Assembly: GCA_002269645.1 (NCBI GenBank)
Contig: NIVC01000849.1
Span: 1-29,613, forward strand
Source of the DNA: Macrostomum lignano
Lineage: Eukaryota
DNA: 29,613 nucleotides
Direction: 5' to 3'
Position numbers and translations under genes: made by a program. Below are positions 1-11,880 of the stretch, piece after piece. A model generated the notes under the pieces. That model searched no databases and was not told the origin of the DNA. It saw only the letters and a list, made by a program, of their open reading frames with translations. Position 1 is the stretch's first letter, and the number at the start of each line of letters is the position of its first letter.

Positions 1-41
1 AGCTATTCCCAATAATTTTTCCCATAGCCTTCTTTCGACAG

Positions 42-1217
42 GACAAAGCCAAGCCTGCGGTATTGCTGCTAGGTGACTCGGCTACGGCTGAAGAGTTGAA
101 CAGTAGCTGGAGACGGTGCCCCGAGGTGCTGCCTGACGTCCTCGCGACTGGAAGCCTACTGAGGGATAAAACGATCTACAAGGTTATGGAAATATTCAGG
201 TAGCTATCTAACCATTTTTGCTGGAAACTTTTAACTCGCTTTATATACCAAGTTACCCTACTCAGAGAGCATAGACTACCCTACTCAGAGAGCACAGACT
301 ATTCTACTCAGAGAGCACAGGCTACCCTACTCAGAGATCACAGGCTATCCTACTCAGAGAGCACAGGCTACCCTACTCAGAGAGCACAGTCTACCCTACT
401 CAGAGATCACAGGCTACCCTACTCAAAGATCACAGTCTACCCTACTCAGAGAACACATGCTACCCTACTCAGAGAGCACAGGCTACCCTACTCAGAGAGC
501 ACAGGCTACCCTACTCAAAGATCACAGTCTACCCTACTCAGAGAGCACAGGCTACCCTACTCAGAGATCACAGGCTACCCTACTCAGAGAGCACAGACTA
601 CCCTACTCAGAGGCTACCCTACTCAACCGCTTCTCCAGTCAGACCTGGTCAGGCGCAGCCAGTTGCTCCTCAAACTCTGCCGACGTCTCCCTGGCAACTA
701 AACCGACCGAGAAAGGAAGCGGACGCCAAGCGGACGGCAACGCGGACTCAACCGCCAATCAAAGTCTCCCAGCGAGCGCCGCTGTTGGAATCCTCCTCTC
801 GGCCTGCTTGTTCCTGCTGGTCTTCTGCTTCTTCGCCATCAGAATCTGCCCGGGAAAGGACAGCCCGCTCACACTGCGAGCCAGAGCCATCCTGAGGCGC
901 CAGTCCTACTCGCTGGATCGGCGCACCGCCGACATCCACCTGACACAGCCGGTGCCGGATCCCGAACGGCCCAGCGACCTGCATCTCGAGGTGCCGCTTG
1001 AGGAACCGGCCAACGACGACAGCGGCGAAGGGAGACGATTCTTGCGTGTCACGCAGGTCCGCGGCTCGAGTCCGGAGCCCCCGTCGACCGGGCCGATGGA
1101 GAAGTTCGATCTCGACTGGGGAGCCTGTCGCGCTCCATCAGCTCGCTCGGGTCTTCGCTGCTTCGCTGGGGCAGCCGGCACGAGGTGGAGGCGGCCGCGT
1201 CAAAGTCTGAGGCTTGA
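42..1217 (+). CDS. 3' part of an unidentified single-pass membrane protein; exons 42-199 and 639-~1217 (stop at 1215-1217 only if one G is missing in the run at 1118-1121)
   Basis: AG at 40-41, open frame DKAKPAVLLLGDSATAEELNSSWRRCPEVLPDVLATGSLLRDKTIYKVMEIF, GT at 200-201 (phase 2). It joins in frame to ttctccAG|639 giving S-QTWSGAA..., then the hydrophobic segment AAVGILLSACLFLLVFCFFAI followed by a basic stretch. The intron contains the 23-bp array. No family recognised. Confidence 0.5.
253..624. repeat. 23-bp minisatellite (ctaccctactcagagagcacagg), ~16 copies, inside the intron of gene A
   Basis: Visible tandem unit; gives the 23-aa periodicity at the start of the 457..1908 ORF. Confidence 0.95.
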
Positions 1218-1334
1218 TGGCTCCGCGCGTTTCCATGGTTACCTCGATAGTGGAAGTGGACGCGATGGACAAATAAGGATTCAGACACTTTCTCTGCGGC
1301 ACTCTACTTTTGCATGTCGCCTATCAAGTGTTTG

Positions 1335-1692
1335 TCATTCTTTATCACTCTTTATCTCTCTGTCACTCTTTGTCTCTTTGTCACTCTTTATCTGTTTGTC
1401 ACTCTTTGTCTCTTTGTCACTCTTTATCTCTTTGTCACTCTTTGTCTCTTTGTCACTCTTTGTCTCTTTGTCACTCTATATCTCTTTTTCACTCTATATC
1501 TCTTTGTCACTCTATATCTCTTTGTCACTCTTTGTCTCTTTGTCACTCTTTATCCCTTTGTCACTCTTTGTCTCTTTGTCACTCTATATCTCTTTGTCAC
1601 TCTTTGTCTCTTTGTCACTCTTTGTCTCTTTGTCACTCTTTGTCTCTTTGTCACTCTTTGTCTCTTTGTCACTCTTTGTCTCTTTATCACTC
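1335..1692. repeat. 18-bp minisatellite (tcactctttgtctctttg), ~20 copies
   Basis: Visible tandem unit; source of the SLSLFV / SLSLCH / TLCLFV pseudo-ORFs. Confidence 0.95.
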
Positions 1693-2461
1693 ATTGTGTC
1701 GCTCGTTATGTCACTGATCGAGTATTTGTCAGTAATTAACCCCCTGTTTATGTTCAGGTCATTAAAAATATTTATTTTCATTGTTTTACTATTGCTTCTC
1801 ACTAATGCCGGGAAATATTCTAGACATAATATTCCTACATACAATTCAGTTTTCTTTGATCAGAAATTTTCCCGATTAATTAGAATAGCTCATTGTTATT
1901 ATCCGTAGTATAGACCCTCACTCGTCTCTTTGCAAACGCTTTGAGTACATGTACACTCACACTGTATTAGTACCTTTGCTCCGACTTACTCGGCGGCCAC
2001 CGACTCGAATCTCAAAGCTGATTAGGACTGCTCAAGAGACTAGAAAGGCTTGTAACTATAAAGCACCCATCTCCAGTTACCAGATTGGCCTAATGACCAC
2101 GTGCAGTCGTTAATCCCGTAATCCTTAGTGTACAGAGCCTTACTTTGACTATGACTTACATGACATGAATAATACGACTTTGCAATTTACAAGTTCTCTG
2201 CATCAGTTTATCAACTCGATTTTATTAGATTCGAGCAGAACTATAGAGTTAACTTTCAGAGAAAATATTGTATTTTTTCCCAGCTAGACCTACAGATTGC
2301 CCACTGGTTCTGTAATATGCTTATACAGATAATTAAAAGAAAATAAAAAGTTTTCGCCGCGTTCCAGATTTGGCCCCCTGGATTAAAAAAGGATTCGAGT
2401 TGCACAGATAGATATTTTTTTTAGAGATGAAAAATTCTTGATACAGAAAACATGGTCATTG

Positions 2462-3450
2462 TCAGTGCATCTAGTGTCAGAGGCTGTAGAGTCTGAAGTG
2501 TCAGAGGTGTCAGTGTATCTAGAGTCTGAGTGTCAGAGGCTGTAGAGTCTGGAGTGTCAGAGGCTGTAGAGTCTGGAGTGTCAGAGGCTGTAGAGTCTGG
2601 AGTGTCAGAGGTGTCAGTGCATGTAGAGTCTGGAGTGTCAGAGGTGTCAGTGCATGTAGAGTCTGGAGTGTCAGAGGCTGTAGAGTCTGGATTGTCAGAG
2701 GCTGTAGAGTCTGGAGTGTCAGAGGTGTCAGTGTATCTAGAGTCTGAGTGTCAGAGGCTGTAGAGTCTGGAGTGTCAGAGGTGTCAGTGTATCTAGAGTC
2801 TGAGTGTCAGAGGCTGTAGAGTCTGGAGTGTCAGAGGCTGTAGAGTCTGGAGTGTCAGAGGCTGTAGAGTCTGGAGTGTCAGAGGTGTCAGTGCATGTAG
2901 AGTCTGGAGTGTCAGAGGCTGTAGAGTCTGGATTGTCAGATGCTGTAGAGTCTGGAGTGTCAGAGGTGTCAGTGCATGTAGAGTCTGGAGTGTCAGAGGC
3001 GTCAGTGCATGTAGAGTCTGGAGTGTCAGAGGCTGTAGAGTCTGGAGTGTCAGAGGCGTCAGTGCATGTAGAGTCTGGAGTGTCAGAGGTGTCAGTGCAT
3101 GTAGAGTCTGGAGTGTCAGAGGTGTCAGTGCATGTAGAGTCTGGAGTGTCAGAGGCGTCAGTGCATGTAGAGTCTGGAGTGTCAGAGGCGTCAGTGCATG
3201 TAGAGTCTGGAGTGTCAGAGGCTGTAGAGTCTGGAGTGTCAGAGGTGTCAGTGCATGTAGAGTCTGGAGTGTCAGAGGTGTCAGTGCATGTAGAGTCTGG
3301 AGTGTCAGAGGCGTCAGTGCATGTAGAGTCTGGAGTGTCAGAGGCGTCAGTGCATGTAGAGTCTGGAGTGTCAGAGGTGTCAGTGCATGTAGAGTCTGGA
3401 GTGTCAGAGGTGTCAGTGCATGTATGTCAGTCCATGAGTGTCAGTCCTGA
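2462..3450. repeat. Compound minisatellite of interspersed 24-bp (gtgtcagaggctgtagagtctgga) and 33-bp (gtgtcagaggtgtcagtgcatgtagagtctgga) units
   Basis: Visible. Both unit lengths are multiples of 3, which explains the VSEAVESG/VSEVSVHVESG ORFs. Confidence 0.95.
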
Positions 3451-4429
3451 GGTAGCGCTAACTTTAGCAAATGTTTAGTCACTACAAAATGGTGTTGAGA
3501 ATCTGGTGGCACAGAATTGAAAACAGAGTTCACAGCTGGATTTTTATAATCTATTGATAACTGCCTTGCTCAAAGTGCTCAACAGCATCGGGATTGGGAT
3601 CCGGTGTCTAGCTACAGTCTCTAGTGAGTGCCATGTCGCACTTCGGTGGATAGATGACAGAGTTGAAAAACTTCAGGTGAGTATAAAATGTATTTATCTG
3701 TACCATCATTCCCTGTTTGTTACTAACGGAAAAGCCAAAGAGAGGTGTGAACTGCAGTCTCCCAGCTAGCAACTGCCAACGCTTGCAACATCAAAAAAGC
3801 TTTTTTGTCGCGGGCAATAAATTATGTTGGGCGAATCCAACGGCGCAAAAAAGGAAAGGGAAAAAATGACAGCGACTTTCCTGCCTGGGATGGGGGGGGG
3901 CAGGGTGGGGTCGTGAAGCACCGAGTACTTCCCATCCTCCACATCCCATCGAAGTCATGCTTCAATGCAGGCTTTCAGTCTACAGGCTGCAATCTGTTGG
4001 ACATTTCAACCTCGCCAGCCCCCGTTACCCCTCGTCGAGCCATTTACAGGACCCAATCCAGCAGCGCTTTGTGGCGGGACTGTCAGCATGTCTACCTGGA
4101 TTCCGGGCATTGCAAAAACCGATGCCCAAATAAAAATGCACAGGTGAATTCCCCCCCCCTCCTAGATTTCTTGACAATTTTTTGCAGTTTTAACAAAATT
4201 TCAGACCGCTCGGCAATCAGATTGGCGGTTGCGGCAGGTGCGGTAGTCCCATCGTCTGCACATCGCTGGAACCAAAAGAGAAACGAAAAGCTTTCGAATC
4301 GATTTCGCCGAAGCGGCACGGGCAGAGGGGATTTATAAACTCGGCAGAGTTAAAAAGTTGGAAGTAAAATTTCCTCAGACAAGCCGACGCCAGTTCAAGG
4401 AGTTTTTGGTTGGGTAAACCGGCTGCGCA

Positions 4430-6509
4430 ATGAATCGAGAGGAAGGTAAGCTTCATCAGTCATGCAGGCAACTTTTAATAAATCTTTTTGGTTGGATCTG
4501 CATATGCTAACTCATCGATATCTTTCTCTAGCATTGTAGTTGTAGCTATTTTAATCTTGAAAAAATATGATAGCAAAGTCTAGCAACCAAAATAACCAAC
4601 CAAACAGATAACCAACATGATAACAAACCAAACAACCAAATAGCGAACTAACCAACAACCAAATTAACAACCAACCAAACAACCAACCAACCAAACAACC
4701 AACCAAACAAACAACCAACCAAACAAACAACCAAACAACCAACCAACCAAACAACCAAACAACCAAACAACTAAACAACCAAACAACCAAACAAGCTTAC
4801 AACCAAAGAACCGGCCAAAAAACAAAACAAGCAAACGACCAACCAAGCAAACGACCAACCAACCAAACGACCAACCAAGCACATAACCAAACGACCCAAT
4901 AACCAAAGAACCAACCAAACAATTAAACGACCAAACAACCAACCAACCAACCAACCAAACAACCAACCAAGCGAACAACCGACCAACCCAATAACCAAAG
5001 AACCAATCAAACAACTAAACAACCAACGAAGCAAACAACCAACCAACCAACCAACTAACCAACCGCAGTATTCTGCTCCGGCTATAAAGACGCTGATAAC
5101 ATCTGGCAGACGGGCTTCTCGTGCGGATGGCGAGATTTGACATTCGGCAAAGTCTCCGGCTTGTCCTGCTGCCAATTCGCGAACGGCACCAGGTGAGACA
5201 AAGTGAAACAATGTCCTACGTTTCATGGCATTCCTGATCATACGTGCACACATAATAACATCAATTAAATGACAAGGAAACAATTTGCACACGCAGGTAC
5301 TGTTGCTACACTACAGAAACTCCGCTAGCATCTAAAGACTATAGTACGAGCAATGATTTGGAAACCTCTTCGACTGAGCCACACCATCAACAGCAGCTAG
5401 AGAATATGAAGTGAGCAATCATTAGTGTAAATTCCTAGATTTGCATACATTCCTCTATATGCATTTGTGGGGGTGCCCTAAGATGTGAGCGTATATATTC
5501 TGTGTCAGCGTGTGTATGAGTGCGTGGCTGCTTACTGTATAGGCGCGCTGGTAGAACTGCTTCAACACAGGTTGTAGGACAATGCACGAAGACGATGAAC
5601 AAAAGACCACAGCCCTCCTGCAACTATCAGGTCCCCTGGGGCTAACCCTATGTGCGCCACTATCTTGCGAAAACGTCTTTGATGTCTTTGAGCTAAGTGA
5701 GGATGCAAGACGATCGCTTTCACACTATCCTAACCTCGAATGTTATTAATTAGCCTTTGCCTTCGCCACTAACCAAGGCTCACCCTGATAGCAACAGCGG
5801 TCACAAGCTGCCTGCTCCTGGTGCTGCTCCTATCAGCCGCTGTCACTCTGGCGCTTCGGGCGAGAAAGAACGGAAACAGTCACCGCGGTCGTGCAGTAGA
5901 CGGCAAACAACAAACCGTCTGCGCTTTGCAGCCGGGACAAACAAGGATAATGGACCGTTTGGCTGTTTGCACTACTACTAGTAAGCGTCCGTATGTACTG
6001 TAATTTAGAAAGTCAAGAAGGCCGCTGTACACGCTGCATGTATGACTGCATGCATGCGGCACGCTACTGGCACGCTTGTGTGGTGTATACCTAGCAACAT
6101 CGAAAATTCGCCATCACAGAAGATTCCGTCTGTGGTCGCCACTTTTTGAGAGTGCAGGTAAAGTAAAGCAATGAAAACCGGGCGGAAGCTTGAATCCATC
6201 CAGTCTTCGCCCTCCGCTCTTCCCGATCCCTCCTCACCCAGCCCAACTCTGCGTCGTGTGACGCAAGTTGCGTCACTCAAAAGTCAAAACTGAGCTAGAA
6301 TTTACTGCGCACTCTCAAAGGTGGCGACTTTTTAATGTTGTTGAGTATATACCAGCATCTCAACTAAATTTATTTTACCAACAGGTCAGCATCAAACTCT
6401 GCAAAGCGATCCGTCGCCATCAGCCAGTTCCAGCTTCCGGGACAGCAGTCAACTCACTGCAGTGTCTCCTGGTGGAGCTGCACTCGTTGATGTAGAGAAC
6501 GGTAAATAA
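4430..6509 (+). CDS. Shisa-like (six-cysteine) single-pass transmembrane protein, ~214 aa; exons 4430-4445, 5069-5192, 5297-5410, 5778-5980, 6095-6157, 6385-6509
   Basis: Phase-consistent GT-AG splicing (645 nt) gives MNREEVFCSGYKDADNIWQTGFSCGWRDLTFGKVSGLSCCQFANGTRYCCYTT..., then TM LTLIATAVTSCLLLVLLLSAAVTLAL and RARK. The C-x-GY-x-D, GF-x-C, CC and RYCC motifs match the Shisa-family pattern. Exons 2-4 are strong; exons 1, 5 and 6 are less certain. Confidence 0.7.
4583..5065. repeat. Degenerate (AACC)/(AAAC) microsatellite filling most of intron 1 of the Shisa-like gene
   Basis: Visible A/C-only low-complexity run; source of the LVGW/VWLF pseudo-ORFs on the minus strand. Confidence 0.9.
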
Positions 6510-7054
6510 AATCGGTATTGACAAGCGCTTGTGGGATAAAATTTATTGTCGAAAGACTCGCACAATTGCTGAACAATTTCAGAAACTTACGAGTACTAAG
6601 GCCCCTGAAGCGAACTAGTTATAACCGATCGAGCAAAGTTCTCTGAATGCCGGCCATCAATACTCTTAAAGCTAATATAGTAACACTTTAGATTTTCTTA
6701 GAAATGAGCTGGAGGTCGGGATAAGGACCGTATATTTGCCGTATCGCTAGATACTCGTATAGTGCATCCACTAATACAGATGTTTCTCAACTGAATTAGT
6801 CTATGGTGTAACCTCATGCAGCGATATGCTTTCTCTAATTAAATGCACTAGCTATATGTATAAGATATTCTATGGGTTTGAGGTCGGTATGTGATTAAAT
6901 CCCGAGAGCCGAATTATTTAAGCTACTTTAATTTTGCGGGATGCATTCAGATAAATCCTGGAGCCATACTTGTATGTCTATGGTTGAAGTTGGGGATGGG
7001 GGTGTGGGGGCGAAGCCCCTGCTGGGGGTGTGCGGGCGAAGCCCCCACATTCTT

Positions 7055-7340
7055 ACCATAGACAAATTTTCATTAAGAAATTTCTCGAGTCACGAAGGAA
7101 GAGAAGAGAGAAGCTCGCTTATTTAGATACATACAATAATCCTTGCAATATGTCCGGGAAAGTGATCGATTGAATCCCGCAAAATAAAATCTATGTCAAT
7201 AACCTCCCTGAAAGTGAGCTTTAAAGTGGTTTAATGAAATCTATCCCACGAATGCAAGGAGCGGAGAATATTGACTAGATTCGCGGAGATTATGAGTACT
7301 CTCCGCTCCCTGTATTCGCGGGACACGTTTTGTCTATGGT
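7055..7340. mobile_element. Possible MITE-like element bounded by a perfect 12-bp inverted repeat and containing a long hairpin
   Basis: accatagacaaa (7055-7066) is the reverse complement of tttgtctatggt (7329-7340); internal 24-bp stem at 7249-7318. No target duplication found. Confidence 0.3.
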
Positions 7341-8310
7341 TGTGGAAAGTGTTCAACCAATCGCACTTTGGCTCAATGCGTTAATTTTATTGTCTATGGC
7401 AGTGGGGGTTACTTAGTGAGAATCATCACGAATATGTGTACAGCCTCCAGCTCATTTCTAAGAAAGTCGAGGTCTCATCATACGCTAGAAACTTTTCATA
7501 TTCACGCTTTCTCATATTTATCATATTTATCCCATATTAATCCTTACTGTTTTTTACCTATTCTGTTGGTTTTGAAAAATTCAATGAAATACTATAAACT
7601 AGACATCACCCGTGTTTCATACCAGGTTGCATGCATATAATGACAGTATCAACAATTAAATCACAATACGTAACGGCTGAAGCAATTTTCTGGTGAATGC
7701 TTTTAAAGCAGAACAGTTTTTTCTTCTCTACTGATTTTCATTGACACGAAGAGGAACTTAAATTACAATTATTCAACAACAAAAAATGGGGTTAGTTAAA
7801 TTCTGGCGTCGCACAGTGGAACAATAATTCGTACAAAATGTAATGAATATTGATAGATGCATGCAGCAATCACAATGGCAGTCGATGTGATGCTTTGATA
7901 GTTAGTGACCAAAAATGCACTAGCTAGGTGAAATTTTATATGGTTTTGATCAAGTTGCTTAAAATGAAAAAACTTTATAAACTTATGGACATTCGGATTC
8001 GTGGGTAAGAAGGGCCGGCCCTTTCCCGAATTTTCACTTTTTCGATTGGCAACCCATATTGATATTACTATGAACAGTTCTTTTAAGCATTTGAAGTCGC
8101 TAGCGCTAGACTGACTATTGGAAAGTGAATAAATTTAATAAAAATTCATTTTCGATTCAGAGAATAGCTTGGGTCAAGCGAAAATCCAGCTTTAAATATA
8201 ATATGACTGATAGCTTTTTTGGGAGTTAAAAAACCTGATAAAAATCCTTCAGATCAGACTCAACTGCAAGAGATTTATGTGTCGGGAGCCGATTTCATAA
8301 AAAAGCTGCA

Positions 8311-8651
8311 GGTGACAAGTGACAAGTGGACAAGTGACAAGTCGACAAAGTGACAAGTCGATAAAGTGACAAGTCGACAAGTGACAAGTCGACAAGTCGA
8401 CAAGTGACAAGTGACAAGTCGACAAGTGACAAGTGACAAGTCGACAAGTGACAAGTGACAAGTCGACAAGTGACAAGTGACAAGTCGACAAGTCGACAAG
8501 TGACAAGTGGACAAGTAACAAGTCGACAAGTGGACAAGTGACAAGTCGACAAAGTGACAAGTCGACAAGTGAGAAGTCGACAAGTGAAAAGCCGACAAGT
8601 GACAAGTCGACAAGTGACAAATCGACAAATGGCAAGTGACAAGTGACAAGT
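8311..8651. repeat. Minisatellite of mixed 7/8-bp units (gacaagt / cgacaagt)
   Basis: Visible; source of the LVTC/HLST pseudo-ORFs. Confidence 0.95.
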
Positions 8652-9075
8652 TTCAAGCGTCAAATATTTTAGTTTCATAAACATGGGGCCTTACTCAGGT
8701 TAAAAATAACTAATTTTATGTCTATGTTTAAAACACCATATGAAATTTATCAAGCCTTTAGACCGCAAACCACAATTTTATAGGATCCGTGTCTGAGACA
8801 GACGTGATGACCTCTGCGTTATTCTCCGGCTTTAATCCTCTCATTCAAGAAGGCTACTCGTACAAGTGCCACAGCGTCTTCTCAAACAGACAAACACTCA
8901 AGACAAGAGGAAGTATTTTAATGCAGAGGCATCCATCTCAGTGCATGTCTATCGACGAAAGTTGTCAAGTTGCAGCTGTTTTTTATGAAAAGCATCATTT
9001 TGCAGAATTGTCAAAATTGTTACTTGTAATTTGTCCGACAAATGCTTTATGAAATGGGCCCCAGCTAGATGGATG

Positions 9076-10839
9076 TCACACCACACTTTGATCGTCTCCA
9101 GCTCCCATCATGTGCTGATCCGGGCCGTTAGCATTGCCTGTTTGCAAAGGCCGTTTGCAGTCTCCTCTGTAGGACAGCCACATCTCCCTAGCAACTTCGG
9201 CCGAAATTATTTCTCCAGCATTGATGGCGAGCATGCGCAGCACGAACACCCCATCGCAACGCAGATTTTGGCTCACAAAGTTCTCTAGCTGGTGCCTGAC
9301 AGCGACGTCGCGTGAGTCGCGTCTAACGTTTGAATCGGCCATACGGAGGCTGCTCAGGACGAACTGGTGCCTCATCGGTGGCAGGGCGTGCTTGTACAGC
9401 CAGGTGAAGAACGACATCACCGTAGCTACGGCAACTAGAAACAGCCAGAACCAAAGGAATACGAAGATCTTTTCGTTGAACAGGTTGATCACTAGGACGC
9501 ACTGAACCGTGTGCCGGTGCAGGTTGCCCAAAACGCGGATTTCAAAGTCGCACATTGTCACTCTCGGGAATTGGCCCGACTCCTCCCAGGTGACGCCCGA
9601 TATCATGTTAATTAACAGTTCCCAACCGAAAAACTGATACGGACTACCTAGGAAGGCGTTGAGCAAAAAGAACTGACAAACACAATTGCAGATGTAGAGC
9701 AGCTTGACGAGAAAGTACATCAGGCTAAGGAAGACGCCGTGACGCCTGGAGCAGAGCAGAAACTTATTGGCAGCCTGCCTGAGCTGGCCAAGACAGTCCC
9801 GACGCTCGCGTTTCTGAAAACGCAGCGCGTCCTCGATGTGCCTGGCGATGGCGCGAATGGTTTTGCCCCGACTGTCCGGGTTCACGTTCTGCGCGTCGCT
9901 TGTCATTCGATTGATTGCGCGGAAGTTGATGCCGCTCTCCCAGTTGAGCAGGCGCCACACAATGTTAGGCAGGTAGAATAGCAGGGCCTGGCAGACTAGC
10001 ATGAATGGCACCCATTGGTAGTAGCCGATTTTTCTGTCGTTACGATGACTGTGCTCTTTAGGTATTGTGTGACGCAAAGGCAGGTAGTAGGTGTTCTGAA
10101 TCCAGCAGTAGTTCTCAGCGTACTGCTCCATTGCAGTGGTGAATTGAGCTGGCACCCAGCACTGCAGTGGCTGACCTGCGGGTTTGAGATTTTAGAGGGC
10201 CTACAGTCAGGGACATCTATAAAAATAATGCCTGTAAATATGGAACTTCTGAAACTCTGAGCACGATTGTCTGCTTGGAGAGGACAGTTTCTGTTTCAAA
10301 GAGTCTTTCGACGGGCGTAACTTTTTGTCGCTGTATCCACAGAGGGTACTTCTTTTAGTACCTATTTTAGGAACTATTAGCTGTAGCAGAAAGACAAGTC
10401 ACCTTTTCCTTTGTCCGGAGAAGGGAGAGAGGGGAACTTACAAGTGGTAGAGAGGATGGGAAGGAGAAGAGATGGAGAGAGGAGTGAGGGGAGAGTGCAG
10501 GGGAGCTGAGAGTTCGCCGTTAGAAATGGTTTGAGCATTCTCCTACCCTATAATTATAAAAGAAATGGTTCTATTTAGACATCTTTACAGTTGGTGAGAA
10601 ATTTCCCATCTAAACAGAGCATCCAAGATGTCTGTTAACTTCAGTTAAGTTCAAGTAATTAATAGCGACCTGAACTCACCAACATACTGCTTAGCCGATA
10701 TGATAAACGTGAACACAACAATCACGATAGCCGTGTAGTAATGATTCAACCTGTCAATAAAGTCGTCATCAATGCGCAGGGTGGAGCTGGCTATCTTCAA
10801 CTTGCGCAGCGTGCCAAACAGTCCGATGTCCATCACCAT
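9076..10839 (-). CDS. inx: Innexin (invertebrate gap-junction protein), ~419 aa; exons 10839-10680 and 10175-9076
   Basis: DDDFIDRLNHYYT, then KQYVG|QPLQCWVPAQF across a phase-1 GT-AG intron, followed by YCWI, YYQWVPF, FPRVTMCDF, HTVQCVL and NEKIFVFLWFW. Uninterrupted frame. Confidence 0.96.
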
Positions 10840-11880
10840 TTTCTGTTTCAATATCTAATCTATCGACAATAAATACCTGGGTTTTGATTTGCTCTCGGAG
10901 ATAGGGAACAAGTTAGAATAGTATGTTTGCTTGCTATATAGTCCAAGAGAGCTTGTTAGCATAAAACGACTGCAGAGAGTCTAGCAGAGTTGAGTCGGCA
11001 GAAGATATATAGACAGCAATGGGAAATTCCAACTGTAGTCAAGCACATAGCAGGGAGGAACTATGCATTTTTCAGCTGGAAGGCTCGCTACGTACCCGCA
11101 TTCGCTTCGAAGATCTTGAGTATCGCATAGCTACTCAACGCACTGCCGAGTATGGGGACTAGGGGGGGGGGATTCTCTGACTTCTTAGACTTGAAACTTG
11201 CGCCACCAGCAGAGGTTCAGTCAGCTAGCTAGCTATAAACTAGCTATTAAAACTGGGAAGGGGGGTGGGGCCACGGATGATTCAATTCTTGACCATTCTG
11301 GCAATTGCTCCAGTAGCCATACACCATAGTAGCATAATCTGTAGCGGTTTTACTCAATACAATCAGGGAGTGTTAAGGTATACAAAAGTCTATCACACTG
11401 CCGAGGCGTGCATCACGTAACGTCAGACCACAGATAATAAAACACGATATTTCACTCTGCATTGAGTTAAGCCATTTTGTGTTATAGTCTATGGCTCAAA
11501 AAAGTGTCTACTCTTTGGGTGAGCGTCAGCGTGTGCATGGCACTGCTCGTTTGACGCATCCATGTTCGTTCACGCTACTAACCAAAGAGTAGTTGCAAAA
11601 ATCTAAACAAGAGTGAACTAGCTATCTAGGGTTATAGTATCTGTGCGTCAGACTAAAATTATACTACTTTTGAATTAAATGCATAAGTAGCGTATAATGA
11701 AGACAAATCCATTTTTATTAAGAAGTTTTTTAAAAAGTGTTCAATTATTAATCTTTCGACTTGAAATGGGCCAATATCAAGTATATTCAGTCCTACAATT
11801 GTGCGGTTATTAGAAGGTCGCTGAAAAATCTCCATGCGTGCACTAATTAATTTACTTATGTACAGGCTCAGCTCAAAAGG

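Noticed and set aside
457-1908. 483-aa ORF as one protein
   Set aside because: Its start lies in an intronic 23-bp array and its last third is an 18-bp array; only the central exon looks coding
2530-3478. VSEAVESG/VSEVSVHVESG repeat protein
   Set aside because: Product of 24/33-bp tandem units, non-ATG starts, no splice or domain context
3805-4338. 177-aa ORF
   Set aside because: Non-ATG start, homopolymer-rich, no recognisable motif or splice support
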